Source: Phoronis australis
Lineage: Eukaryota > Animalia > Phoronida
Length of the DNA: 64,000 bases
Assembly (NCBI GenBank): GCA_002633005.1
Contig: NMRA01000021.1
Span: 968,298 to 1,032,297 of the forward strand
Direction of reading: 5' to 3'
In this document: positions 12,301 to 24,100 of the stretch, in pieces
How the letters are laid out: every line of letters starts with the position of its first letter
Numbering within the stretch: position 1 is the stretch's first letter
Program-made: the position numbers and the translations under genes
Notes under the pieces: model-generated
The model's database searches: none
Told to the model about the DNA's origin: nothing
The model's input: only the letters and a program-made list of their open reading frames with translations

Positions 12301-15208
12301 TTTTTTTAGATTATCAAATGTCAATATCAGTCATAGACATACATGTACACCATGATTCAATTCAATAGTTGAACACATTTGATTAATGCCAGAACAGAAG
12401 CACGAACTTTAACATTAGCGCGTAATTAAATAACGACATATCTATCCAACGTTTCGGTTTATCACTCTAAACCATTGTCAAGGAAACAGTTCACAGACTC
12501 GAAACAGGCGACACAGGTAGAGAAGAGACTGTACAGGTACACGTCAAAATGCATAGTGACGGGAGAGACCAGAAATCAAAACAGTTGGAGCTCAAATGAA
12601 CCAATGTTTCTATTGAGGTAACGCTCAGCATGGTTCAACCGTATTTGCATAGCCTCCTTTATGAGGGTGGCTTTATCCTTGTCTAAGATCTGGGCCCGGT
12701 CTCTAATCTTTGTACTCAAAACGAACTCGAAACTATTTTTGGCAATTTCTCTGCTCCTTTTGTGCGAACTTAAGATAATTGTTATCAGACTGTGCTCGAA
12801 TACATTATAGTTTATGCATAGGAGTTTCTAGTTCAAGTTTGCCCTTGAAGACCCTTATATTCGTGCTACAAACTTGAGTAAAAACTCGAAATTTCGAGTT
12901 CAAACTCGAACTTATTGCTTTAATATTGGGTTTACAAATTGTGTGCGCACGTCTGGTACAACATGTACCAGACCGCCTGCAATTATTTTATGAAGAACAT
13001 TAGAGAATAAAATTCGAATTACAACTCAAATTGTTAGGGCTGAGTTTTATCTAAAAGACATTAACTGCATTGTGCCCACTGTTATAACTTAACCGGGTCA
13101 ACTACTTTAAGTTGTCACTCTTATTCCTCCTTAACCATACCTTACCAATACTATTATTTTGCGCACGTGAAAGATAATACAGTTCTCATTTATCTTTCTC
13201 AGAATAGCATTGCCTGGTGCATGACGTCAGCAAACGTCGACTGTGACACTGTTCAAGGCCGTCGAGCGCGATAATGTTACGTCGTTGTCGTCGCAAGCGA
13301 ACGAAAAACAACCGTGATCAGGAAAGTCGACGTAATGTTATACGGAGAATAAAATGGTTTCATATGCAAAGCAGGTATAAGTAACAGTAAGGTAGTGTTT
13401 AACTTTTACAACTTTTGTCGACTTACACGAAGCCTTCATTTGAACTATATGCGTGACGGCTGTTCCCAGTCTGTTACTGGCGAAACACTGGTAGTACCCT
13501 TCGTCGCTGTCACTTGTTCTTGAAAACTTTAAAGTTCCAGAATTCTCCTCCATTCTAACGCGTCTTTCGTCTGGCGTATACACCTCACCGTTCTTCTTCC
13601 ATAAGTATCTGGGAAGGAAATACACAAATAGTGTCGTTTTCATTCGACTAATGCAACGTAGGTTACGTAAAACCCCTTTAACAAATTAGTGTATTTAGCT
13701 GAACACCTCTACATGTATATGCTGACGTGTGCTGCACATGTTTGCATATGTATAGTTAGGCATGTATAACTGGTCATGTTATGGAATTCAATCTGAGATA
13801 TATTTTACGAAGTTAGTCAAATTTTGATATGTTTCTATGGCGTTACATGTACATATCCTTAAGGTCACATATTTGCTCACTGTCTAAAACTCTGAGCATA
13901 ACCTAGATTACTCGATCGTTTATACTATCGATACATCCAGGTGCGTATGCACGCAAAGACGAACGTCACAAAGACACCAGTATCGGAAGGGTTGATCTAT
14001 TCTTCCTAAATTTCACTGACATATATCTATCGTTGCTTAATTTTCATCCTATGAGTCCTTTTGCAGTGGCGGTAATGGGGATTTCTGAGTTCAGTGTTCA
14101 TATTATTTTACGAGTTCCAAATCAGCCCTTGCATAGGGTGGAGAACACTTTCAAATATCTTTTAACACGTGACATGGATGACTAGCTTTGGAGAGATTAG
14201 TCCAATCAAGACGAAATACCACGAGTAACGGACAGTCATCAGTGCAAAGTTTTGCATAATTACGCCAAACGCACCGGAGGCAGGTGCTCGTGCTAAATTG
14301 CGATTTTCTCTAACTTTAAAATAACCAGTTTCTTAAACTGTTGTTAACGATTAATAATTTGGGACAGAAAATCTTCTTCTGTATATTAATAACGCATGTT
14401 TCGGGTTGATTAGTGCAAAGGGCCCGCCTGAGCCGCCTGTACATGTCTGATATCACGTGTACCATACCGCCAGCAATTGTCTTCACGGCCCACACTTGAT
14501 TAAGTACTTCGATATTTAAGAATCCATTTGCCTGCAATCAGCTGTCAAATCGAGTCTCGAATAAAAATTTGGCCGCTCGCGTGGCACATATCGAATTAAC
14601 TTTCAATCTTCACGTAGGTGACTGGTTAACTTTCGAGTTGCTTGCCAGTCGAAGTTTTGAGACATCGTCGAAGGAGCAAAGAAAACCATTATGCAATTTT
14701 CCATTCAGGCCTGCGATGATTAAGCTCATCAGCAAGGCTAAATCGGTCATTCATGCAAGCTTACGTCAAGGCTGGATTTCCGCTGGCGATACACAGCAGT
14801 TCTAACTCTTCTCTAGGTCTGTAGTCCACCTTTTGTGGAGGCTGTTGCATAAATGAAGGGGGGCTCTCTGTAAAATATTACAATAGATCACGGTGGTTTT
14901 CTTGTAGAGTTGGACAGGTGACCACCAAAGAAGTACACGATAAAAACGAATAAATTGAGGATAATAAAAATAAACTTAGCCAATGCAATTACTGAAGAAA
15001 GTGAGTGTTTGTAGTCTGTTTTTCATTAAAATTCATTATCTGTAGCAATAACTAAAGAAGACTGTTCAATATTCTCTTGATGTAACGTCAGGATGAATTA
15101 TAAATTGATCCTTTGATAATTTGCGTTCCAATAGACTACCATCTTAAACCTACCTCCTGCCAAAGCAAGTCCTAAAAAGCAGGTCACAATGACCAACCGC
15201 GTCAACAT
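3..15208 (-). CDS. Nrg: L1-family (neuroglian/NrCAM/L1CAM-like) Ig-FN3 cell adhesion molecule, spliced, 3'-partial; join(15154-15208,14765-14867,13427-13608,11950-12144,9527-9661,8226-8331,7523-7707,6932-7066,6094-6126,5071-5178,3666-3850,3336-3426,2601-2734,1306-1459,3-376)
   Basis: Fifteen exons with AG acceptors and GT donors (one GC) join in consistent phase into 2175 nt without stops. The product is a signal peptide, six Ig domains and FN3. L1-type motifs include DEGYYQCFASNRLGTA, APPNPRR, QCNASNMHGYVFTNAYLNI, DNNSPILGYIVEYNT, YYFRVSARNAIGTS and PEVNPKNV. Orthologue versus paralogue cannot be settled by eye. Confidence 0.9.
1306..1459 (-). CDS. L1-like exon, Ig6 C-terminal part (...DTATYTCNASNGVDEATAEAALVVQ)
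   Basis: Overlaps ORF 1244-1450; acceptor aacttccag, donor gtaacg. Confidence 0.92.
2601..2734 (-). CDS. L1-like exon, Ig6 N-terminal part (ERTRIVTSPTD...ATFNCGAETDPAL...WQRDGE)
   Basis: Acceptor ttttgcag, donor gtacgc; contains the Ig Cys and Trp and the DP motif of L1-family Ig6. Confidence 0.92.
3336..3426 (-). CDS. L1-like exon, Ig5 C-terminal part (NVELTDAGDLQCTARNKLGSVDHRFTLVVR), GC donor
   Basis: Acceptor ttttgttatttcag; only the AG|GCAAGT donor gives the phase 1 needed by the next exon. Confidence 0.88.
3666..3850 (-). CDS. L1-like exon, Ig5 N-terminal part (VPPQF...VKCRSFGIPKPETQW...GDLEIR)
   Basis: Lies within ORF 3657-3863; acceptor tatttcag, donor gtgcgt. Confidence 0.92.
4004..4145. 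mobile_element. CATGGGCGGCGC-type mini-MITE, head-to-tail dimer, 5-bp TSD TGTAA
   Basis: TIR CATGG(G/A)CGGCGC...GCGCCGCCCATG; TGTAA at 3999-4003 and 4146-4150; second unit starts at 4077. Confidence 0.8.
5071..5178 (-). CDS. L1-like exon, Ig4 C-terminal part (GDVRFTGLLEEDAQVLQCNASNMHGYVFTNAYLNIR)
   Basis: Acceptor tgttgcag, donor gtaagt; hallmark QCNASNxHGY motif. The reading frame differs from ORF-track entry 5080-5280. Confidence 0.93.
5800..5948. mobile_element. Diverged 3' arm of the TTAA-flanked MITE family, inside an L1-gene intron
   Basis: ggacgtaaaacaggtaatgtccctttaa versus ggccgtaaaaccgacaatgcccctttaa at about 52180-52206, with alignable upstream sequence. Confidence 0.5.
6094..6126 (-). 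CDS. L1-like 33-nt micro-exon in Ig4 (APPNPRRQLDG)
   Basis: Strong acceptor tttcttttattttcag, donor GAG|gtatgt, symmetric phase 1/1; the peptide resembles the APPNPNR segment of L1-family Ig4. Confidence 0.85.
6597..6703. mobile_element. CATGGGCGG mini-MITE, 5-bp TSD CCTGT
   Basis: TIRs CATGGGCGGCAC / GCGCCGCCCATG; CCTGT on both flanks. Confidence 0.8.
6932..7066 (-). CDS. L1-like exon, Ig4 N-terminal part (AKPEWTERPRD...FKCQASGVPQPDIQWFVNG)
   Basis: Lies within ORF 6927-7136; acceptor tttcacag, donor gttagt. Confidence 0.93.
7523..7707 (-). CDS. L1-like exon, Ig3 (PSPNVTWVK...DQGEYRCVARN)
   Basis: Acceptor atgtcag, donor gtacgt; D-x-G-x-Y-x-C motif. Confidence 0.92.
8226..8331 (-). CDS. 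L1-like exon, linker and Ig3 start (...GLKGGSTRMKCIFSGY)
   Basis: Acceptor ggacag, donor gtaagt; CIFSG motif typical of L1-family Ig3. Confidence 0.88.
9527..9661 (-). CDS. L1-like exon, Ig2 C-terminal part (GRLWITYVLEEDQ...YECKLHNRFL)
   Basis: Acceptor ttcttctcag, donor gtgagt; 135 nt open; Y-x-C motif. Confidence 0.88.
11950..12144 (-). CDS. L1-like exon, Ig2 N-terminal part (QNTFPESPPSHVTVNVGQTRVFDCTGRPLGYPDAEVGW...)
   Basis: Acceptor cctgtag, donor gtaggt; 195 nt open in phase 1/1. Confidence 0.88.
12420..12690 (-). mobile_element. Penelope-like retroelement 3' fragment
   Basis: Minus strand reads ILDKDKATLIKEAMQIRLNHAERYLNRNIGSFEL, matching the GIY-YIG endonuclease tail pattern ILD..IKEA..I..LNR..G. 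It is followed by a Penelope-type CTTGACAATGG...CCGAAACGTTGG motif near 12445-12480. Confidence 0.7.
12692..12939. mobile_element. Partial copy of the same GGGCCC MITE, abutting the Penelope fragment
   Basis: Nearly identical to the reverse complement of about 49527-49773. Confidence 0.8.
13427..13608 (-). CDS. L1-like exon, Ig1 C-terminal half (YLWKKNG...DEGYYQCFASNRLGTA)
   Basis: Lies within ORF 13338-13643; acceptor ttccttcccag, donor gtaagt. Confidence 0.93.
14765..14867 (-). CDS. L1-like exon, Ig1 N-terminal half (ESPPSFMQQPPQKVDYRPREELELLCIASGNPALT)
   Basis: Acceptor attttacag, donor gtaagc; C-x-A-S-G-N-P Ig motif; phases 1 and 2 fit the neighbouring exons. Confidence 0.9.
15154..15208 (-). 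CDS. L1-like gene, signal-peptide exon (MLTRLVIVTCFLGLALAG)
   Basis: Acceptor ctttttcttttgcag with the exon starting at 15245, ATG at 15208, a hydrophobic stretch ending ALAG, and a phase-1 donor GAG|gtaggt. Confidence 0.85.
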
Positions 15209-18200
15209 AATAGCCGATAGATCAGCTGTATACCACGTGACGAATCTGCAAAAGAAAAAGTAGACAAAGTAGTTTTCATCAACAGTATATTCTTCACGAA
15301 ATTATTCAACCACCTTTCGAAGTATTCAAGTGTATTTGACCGTGCCAATATCATAATACATAGGTGAAGTAGAAGGATTCTCTTCTTACTATTTTATAAA
15401 AAATGGCGAATCTTGTTATAAATGCCAACAACCACGAGTTAGACGGGTTTATGGGCGCCCTTATCAGGGGCAGATAGAACAAAATCCCGATCACAAGGAT
15501 CGGTCAGCTCACGAAACGAACTCGAGATATTGTACGCACCTAACGATCTAGTCCCGTTACAGGGCAACCAAAGCGATGTTCCTACATCGCTTTTGAACAC
15601 AGCCTTCATGTAACACTGATTCTGAGCACATGGGAAGACAACTCAGATGGAGTTCATCACAGCACAGAACATGTGTCATGACGTAATGACTAAGCTGTAA
15701 TCCTGTCATAGATCTGAGGGGTGGTTGATTCGTAAGCGTCATGATATTTACCGTCTGGTCTATGGAAATGAGCTCTTCTTTATCATGTGGACGAATGAAC
15801 AACGATGTCTTATTTTCTGGTTGTAAGCACTTCGAAGAGTCACTGACCACGAAACTGTAAGTTGTCGTGTTAAAGAGATCAACTTTCTTGGCAGTGGTAT
15901 TTACTCCCTCCAAAGCACCGTTATCGCGTTCTTACCCTTTGTTTGAATTCAAATTGGTTACTATGGTGTCTATACTGTCTCCAGAACCTGCTATGACAAC
16001 CATCTTAACGTGGATCTGGTCTGCAATTACGACAGCCAGATCTTTTGATCTTCTAATCTGATTATGAAGATGAGACCGATGGTATTGCTGTATTAGTGAC
16101 CCATAAAGTTCTATTTTTTGGTAACAGCCGCGAATGAATTGCACTTGCGCGGAAAGCGAGAAAATATATACTGAAAATAATCTATTCTCTCATGAAATAA
16201 TTTTCAAAATCGGCGTTGTCACAAGAGGCACGTTGAATTAGAAAAAATAAAGTTTATTTCCTACAAAGCCTTGGCATATTTCATCTCTGAGAAGATTCAC
16301 ATATTAAATACCACAAAAGCAACAAATGTTTGTTCAACTACGGAATTCTAATATTTGGCGCCTACAGATCCGTGTTCTCCAGAAACGACACTGTCATACC
16401 AGTGAAACACACCCTTCTGCCAGTTTGACTTTGTGCTAACATGTATCATTGTGCGAGATATTAAAATCACCAAATCATGCTCGCCATAGTGAAAAAATCG
16501 GGGCGCACACTGTGGTGCGCATGTTGTTGACCGTTAGGTGGAGTGTCGTTCGTATATTAGGTGGACATTGACGCAGATACTGATCACAAATCTACCGTAA
16601 TACGGAACAACACTGATCGGGGGTATCCCACAAAAAGTGCACCAGGACTAAAAGATTCTTCGCCCAGTTTTCTTTCGAAAGGGTATTTTTCGATTTATTT
16701 ACCTTCGTGACTATGAATTCTAAAAGGTTCATTTAAAATGAAATTTTTACTATGACTTTACTCTCTATTTATTTTCTTCAGGTTAAACTTCAGTACTTCG
16801 GGTTTTAATTCAATTTTAGATCAATGGATATGGCTTTTGTTTGGATTTCAAAAATGATTACGTTCGGAAGCTATCTTTTTTCAGAGTGTAATACTTTTCG
16901 GTAGAAAGTTCCAGCAATGCCAAGTTCCTTTAATATTTACTCTCTAAAAGTGTGTTTTTATTGTGCCAGCTTTCTGAATGTTGCAAAAACGATCCCAATT
17001 TTGAAATGGCACACCTCCGTCAAAAGTGGTTGAGTAACCCCCTAGACGTACACTGAGGTCGTGAAACGGTGTCCTGTCACTGATTCTCTGTGAATTCCGT
17101 AAAAATACTTGGTGCATCATTCTGTCTCAGCTGAGTTGCTAGCGTGTGATTGTGAGGATAGGATTTCACGAGCATGACCTACATGTAGGAAATGGCAAGA
17201 ACAGGTGTACAGATCTTCATCAGTCAACATGGGCTGAAGTTGGAACAGACACTAAACATCGATAGCGGCAAGGTTTAAAGCCGCCCGTTTGTATTGCGTG
17301 TGCGCTTTTGCGAATTACCCCTGGGGACCTACATGTATGCGCACACTTCCACCAGTCCCGGGACGTTCGTCAAGCATTTACCGCGCCAGCGACACATTGG
17401 ATTCTCAGCAGTATATGAAAACCAATCTCGACAATAAAACAACCTTACGCTACGACATACGGATATTGTTCTGAACAAAACGTAGATGAAAACGCAAGAA
17501 AAAAAACATGATAAGGTCTTGTTGAAAAATAGACGCACAGCGTGTCTGAAAATAAGTCTAAGCTGAGACAAGGTACAAAACAGTCTTGTTGGTACAACAA
17601 CAGGTTTTATTAAGATCATCCAAACCTACAGCGGAATAGATTTCAAGATGGATAATGGAAATCTCCTCCGGCACACCTCAGTCACGTCCAAATGCTCCCA
17701 CTACCATTGCGTGTCACACATCTTTGTTTTTCATTTTTTCAGCAGGCGGAAATTCAATTTTCTACTCAAAATTGTTTTCCTTGAAAATGTTTCTGGAGAG
17801 CACATTATGATTTGCTGGCTATAGGCGTAGAAACATAGACTGGCTAGAATTGAATGTATATTAATTGGGAAAATATCTTGCTCGAAAAATGCCGATTTTC
17901 AATGTTTTAAATCGTAATTAATTTCAAAGTCAATGAAAAAGTAGCCCTTCACGCTCTATCGTGGAAAACGAATTAAATTGCTCGGTGTCAATTCTATTGG
18001 TACCATCAGATTTGCTGTTTTTTCGAAACAGAGTACGCTAAATTAATTTGTTCTTCAAATTCCAGCAATATGTTCATTGATTATTTATAAATTTCTTACC
18101 TGACTGAAAAATAAACCTTTCTATAAATCGAAAGGCTTAACCCGCTCCAGTTATTAATCCTGTACAGAGAATCAAACCAGATTCCTCTGTTCTGTTGTTT

Positions 18201-18475
18201 CAGTAACTGTGGTAAACCTCCGCCGAAGATCAGTTGCTCAACTGAGCTGAGAAAGGGTGAATGATGTGTTCACGGTTTAAAGGCGGAGTAATCCGAGATG
18301 AATCTGAGTCATATGCGAGCGATTTATTTTTAGGCTCTGGAAATACTTCTGAGGGTAGCAGGGCTGTGGCTCGTTCTGAACTATCGTTGGCCGTTGCCAC
18401 TAAAGTGCCGTTCTTAAATTATTCTCGTAATATACGGGTATTTTCACGCCTGTGAATTAATGTACAGTGCACACT

Positions 18476-18845
18476 AGGATTCGGAATGAAATCTTTTTAC
18501 TTTTTGAAATCGAACTCGAGATAATTTTTGGCACGTTCTATTCCACTTGTTTATTATTTTTCAGGGTTTATGCACGACAGTTTCTAATTCTCATCTGATG
18601 ACCCAACAGACTCCAGTAAAACTCGAGAATTCGAGTAAAAACTAGAGATTTCGTGTTCAGAATCGAACTTCCTCACCCCAATGTTGGGGCCATCACGCTC
18701 AATTTATTATACAGTTATTCGTGCAAGCCATGATGATACTCGAGCACAGAATATTACTAATGTAGTTAGAGTCCGCAAGAAAGTAGAATAGAATTTTCAA
18801 AACTGTTCTCAAGTTCGATTTCGAGTTAAAAGCTAAGACCCTGGA
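18476..18845. mobile_element. Diverged member of the GGGCCC MITE family
   Basis: Shares tcgaactcgagataatt, ctcgag..taaaaact..a.atttcg.gttca.a..cgaactt and the inverted tctcaagttcgatttcgag with the 12.7 kb and 49.4 kb copies. Confidence 0.55.
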
Positions 18846-18949
18846 TTCAGATACATGTATATCCAATGTGAAACTTGATCATAGGCCACGTGAGCCTTGG
18901 ACAAGTTTTAAGCTTGTAATTTTAGAGATGCAACGAGAAAGAGCTGTTA

Positions 18950-19065
18950 TTTTTTATTAATTATTATTGCTAATTATCATCAAAAATTTCTATTATCATT
19001 ATCATTATTAGCATTATTAGTATTACTATTATTATTATTATCATCATTATTTTTATTATGATTAT
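18950..19065. repeat. Degenerate (ATT/ATC)n microsatellite (similar tract at about 31470-31580)
   Basis: Low-complexity trinucleotide tract. Confidence 0.85.
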
Positions 19066-20812
19066 TCCCGTAATACTTAACTTTATTATTTCCTTGGGTA
19101 AAACTATTGGTATTAGTAGTATTGTTACTGATTCTAAAAATTATAGTATCATACAAATATAGACCAATCTCGTGGGTAATACCTGGTTATATACACGTAT
19201 GGATCGAGGGGCGAAGGTCCTCATCCTGAAATGTCAGGCGGGTCGGTCTCTACTCGATTTATTGCACAACCATTGATACATATTCCCTGTATTTCATTTC
19301 CTGTTAGAGTGACACTTCTTATCCGTTTGTTTTTATTTACTACATCGCCTGGCAGCTTACTTTGTTAACACGATCAGGTCGTTGGTTATGGAATTCCATG
19401 ATTTCAACGGCGTGTAATAGGTCAGAACACGAATAACTATATCAGTGACGTCTGAGCGGCTTGAACGCAAAGGTGACTAAATTGCATGGCTCTCTCCGGG
19501 CGTAGACGCTAGGACCAACGCTAGGACCTAAGCCGCGTAGAAAAACCTAGTCAAAGTGACGTGTTCTCATTTAAAATGCACAGCAATATTATACGTAATC
19601 TCGCGAAGTCTTGCATTTTAGCGAGGTCCTAGCGTTACTGAAGTCATCGTACATTGCTTTGTCCTATCAAAGGCCACCTAAGTACTACTGCTACCACTAG
19701 CGCTAGTACACGAACAGTTCTGCTGATCTACTACTAGGTTTGCTTCTATTTCTGCCATTCAATACAGTAAAATTCCCTATACAAGCCCGTGGGCGCATAT
19801 TCGAGTGTGCTTTAGCATTCAAATGTACATGTATTTCCAACGCCCATTGCTTCTTTTACTAAAATCGTCGTTGACATAAGGGCGTCTAATCAGCTACACT
19901 GTTTCGAGGAAAATGTATACCTTTTGTTGCCTGAGTCCGGTTATGCTTTAACAACTAAGAACGAAACAAATTACTAGGTGCCCTTGCACAAGTTAAAACA
20001 CATGTACCAAGCCAACATGATGTGTTTTGCAGGCGACCCGCCTCGTTTGTTGCTTTGAAATTAACGAGTCTAAAACAACACATCGTAAGGGGAAGTCAAG
20101 AAAGTGACTGCTTTACGACACCGCCTTTCAACACCAAGCGAGTGTGAATTCCTCCGCGTGACGTGACATTCGATTGTGAAAAAAGAAACTAGTGCAGACC
20201 AGTAATGAATCGAGGTAGTGTTGAGAATATATTGACAGTGCATTCATACTGTTCTGTCTCTCTACCCGAGTGTTAATTAAGATAATTGTCGACTACAGCC
20301 ACACAGCAGCATGACATTTAAAACTGACAACAGTCCCTTTACTGCAAGAAAGAACTTATTGTCTGGACGACTCATTGTTGTTAAACTCCTTTCAAGGTGT
20401 TCTTTTCATAGATTGGTTTGATTTCTGGACTTGTATAGTGCTTTATAGTGTTCGTTAGCTCTTTAAGCCCGACACATAAAGTGGCCTGCAAGATAAAGCT
20501 AACTTACAGTACTTATCGCGGTCTTGAGCAATTATGAAATATCAGCGCTTCCCAAGATCCTTAATCACTTCAAGGAACACTTTAGGGGCCAATTTTATAG
20601 CAGTAATTAGTTGTCTTAATCGAACATCAACTTTTACAAAAGGCGAGTTCACAACACTGAGTTCATACTAAAGCACTGTCGCACCACGTAGGGACAGTTA
20701 GCAAGCAGATGTCTGCACTCACTCCAGGCAAACAATTTCCCGAAAATAGCTAGCTCGTGTACAAGGTGTTACGTAATCGCAGTGTTTTATTAGAACAACC
20801 ACGAAGCTTGCT

Positions 20813-20951
20813 CAAGGACTACAGTCGCCAGTGAAAGCATCCTAACTGAAGATGTCTTGCCACAACACCCATTTGCAAACANCAAGGACTACAGTCGCCA
20901 GTGAAAGCATCCTAACTGAAGATGTCTTGCCCCAACACCCATTTGCAAACA
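20813..20951. repeat. 69-bp direct duplication split by an N (assembly overlap)
   Basis: 20813-20881 and 20883-20951 differ by one base; N at 20882. Confidence 0.85.
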
Positions 20952-21064
20952 GACCTGGTACGATTTTTCGCGGGAGGACGACATTGATTAATGGAGAGTG
21001 ACTCGGGATGAGCTCCGTAGTCGACAGTCTCGCGATTACGTTCGATCTCATGCTGTTTATAATT

Positions 21065-21138
21065 CATGGGCGGCGCACCTTAGCGGCGGGATGGCGGCTA
21101 TAGCTTCCCCCACTTATTTCAGAGCTGCGCCGCCCATG
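21065..21138. mobile_element. CATGGGCGG mini-MITE
   Basis: Perfect 13-bp TIR CATGGGCGGCGCA; TSD not evident. Confidence 0.75.
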
Positions 21139-24100
21139 TTTAAATACTATGCATGGTGATGTCTCCCGAAGGTTTGCATGAGTGCATTTTTACAGGGTTC
21201 TCGTGTCTCACGGAACGCATGTTTGGTGTTGACGGGAGGTGTACAATCGGTGTGAGCCGGTACTGGGTCGGTCAAAAGTCTTGTTTTTGTCTGAATCAGA
21301 CTGGCTAACGACACGCTGGCCTCTGGCAACTGTTATTTTGGAAACAAGCAAGATTTCAACGAATTTGAAAGTAACAACAAATGAGATTGTTTCTATCCCA
21401 GTGTTTGTGATTTTGTCATAACTGAAGATGGGGGATAAAGGTGTCCTCATACAGCCGGTGATGAAACCATTCGTTGTGAGACAAGGAAGCGAGAATAAAA
21501 CGTGCAATCTGGTCAGAATTGCACAAATTTTATCTCAAACAACACTTCATAAAAACATTACGATTTCTTTACTGAAATGTGTTTTTGTTTTGTTTTTGCA
21601 AAACTCTGCGAGGCCCATCAGTGGCCGTCGACCTCACTGATGAAACGCGTGACAACCAGGTACAGTCTAGCACCAAAAAGGTTACTTTGCCGGGCACGAA
21701 TGATTGTAAGTTTAAAATGCTAGAATGATATCCAAAAACACAACACCCCTGGTAATAATTACCTCCACAAAATTCCAAAAGTTAACAATTAATAGGTTAT
21801 CGAGCTTTTTAAGCGGATTAGGCTATTGGAAGACTGGTTTTCAATTTGACAATTTGTTTTATAATTTGATTTCTCGTTTTACTAGTCAAACACTGAAAGT
21901 AATACAAGGCTTTCAAAATAGTTGTAAGTTAACTCTAATCAAAAACATGTATGAAAGTAAAGCTATTAATGCCTTATTATCCGAGTTTTAGTCCAAAAAC
22001 TATCGCCGTTTTAACTGGTTTCGTTGTATGGCATTAAATTCAAGAAGTTATTAACTTTGAACACGTGCAAAACATTTGCCAAAGCGCTTTTAATACTATG
22101 AACGAATGAAACTTTTAAAACGTTAAGAAAAGATCGACATTAAAATACAGAAGATATTACAACAACGCATGCGCAGCCATCCGAAGGTCAACAGAAATAT
22201 AAATGGCGGAAAATGCAAGTGTGGCGAAACGCGGTCGTCCTGGGAAACACTGAGATGAACAAAGGCCTCTTACCCATGTGCATGTGTGTTCGTTGATAAA
22301 CAGCCTGGCTACAAAGGTGTAAAAACGTAAACACCACCAGTTTTGGGTAATTCAAATCTCCAACAAAGTTTCCGTGAATGACACTTGTAACTGGCCACCT
22401 TGGCGTTTTTGCTACTAGCTGAAAGTGCTTGCGATAACGCTAGCGATCTCACCCGGCTCTCTACTAAATCTTTCCGCATACTCTTTGATTAGCCCTATCG
22501 CGGGCGTCCTCGGACATTTTACAAGGTAGGAAAAAACAAACAGTTTACAAGGTCAGCACCTCGATTTGAATTAATTCTACCTCGGGTGCCAGCTACCCGA
22601 CCAGATGCCAAACTCGGAAATGCCCGATTTCTAATAATTTCCCAACTCATCGTTTTTATCGATCAGAGGCCTGTTTCATCATAATTAATTTAAGATTTCT
22701 GTCAGAAAGTTCTATGCGCAGTTCATCTAGTTTTATTGGTCAGTAGCATTTCCAAGAATACATTGCAAATCTTAATGAAAGATTGCCACTTTAAGAATTG
22801 GACAGCTATGGCGAGCAGTCAACATTTATGTTTATACATGTACGTCTGTGTTGAAGTCTATCACGCTAGTGAAACTACAACATACATCAATGTAACGATT
22901 GGTAATCAAAACACAATACTTGGAGTTTATGTTTCTGCTACCCCAGCCTTATCGGCAACAGACATAATAGTGGGGTCACGTGAGATGGTGACGGTAGAGA
23001 CCATGGAGCTCTGCTGAAAACGAAACATCAAACAGTCAATAGTAACACACGCAAAAGTATTCGCAGGCATTCGTGGAAGGGGCTTACAGCCTAAATCTCG
23101 GCTTCCGTTGAAGTCAAATTGAGGATTTTCGAGAACATGTGCTTTTCTGTTTTACGATTGGATTAGAGTTCCCGGGGATACTTTCACAGGTGTATGCGGG
23201 ACGTTCTGTTCAAATGTGTGTTTTTCACCACCATTTCCTCACGAAAGCATGATTGCCTTTTCTGACCAAACATTTCCTACTAAAATGTACATTTTCAAAT
23301 TTAAGTCGATTCAACAGGTTCACAATATACGAGAAAGCTATCGAACAATGATGTTCAATATCATCCTACACTTTCAAAACTATGATTATGAAAGATATAT
23401 TCATTTTTCAACATGTTTTCTCTTCCTTATAATTTCTTAATGTTAAATAGGAGGACAAGCAACTGGGCTAGTGATACCGGAACAAAATTCTAGGAAGCAA
23501 ACTGCAGATGGGTTCCTATTTTCGAATGCATTCTTTAAATAGGTGGTTTCTCTAACATTCCAGCTGAAGCTCCCCCCGAATACTAGCCGAGTAACCCCTG
23601 GACTAGAGTTCTCACGTTCTTTGTAAGGATACTTTGGGCTCTTCTAATGACATACCTGGCGCCATCTTACGATTGACGCGAAACACTAGGTAATTCTGGA
23701 CTCGGACTTAAAGCTCAACTACCTCTATGTAGAAGCCCGTAGGAAATGGTCAAAATGATTCGGGCGGCAGTCGTTTGTACGAGTACTTTTGAGAAGAGCT
23801 TTAACGTATCTTTTTTCGATCATTAGGAATAATGTACAGAGTGTCTCGGCAATCAGTAGTTCATTTCCTGAATTTGTTTTCATAGCCTTTCGTCGAGAAC
23901 TCACACAGTCAATATAAAACTCGAAAACCATAAGGTTAGCAGATTTCACTAGTGGTAGCCCAGCTTCCCGTATCCTCTATGACGTAATCACCAGAAAAGG
24001 AGCGATTCCATTATGGGGACGTTACGTAAGGTAATTCTCGACTTACTTCGCACAAAAACAATTGTCGAAATTGCCAATTTCCATTTTTCAAAGGCTGATA

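Noticed and set aside
20813-20951. Biological 69-bp tandem duplication
   Set aside because: An N sits exactly between the copies, as expected for an unmerged contig overlap.
21147-23017. Short ORFs at 21.2-21.5 kb and 22.7-23.0 kb as exons of another gene
   Set aside because: I could not chain them with consistent splice phases, and no domain is recognisable on either strand.
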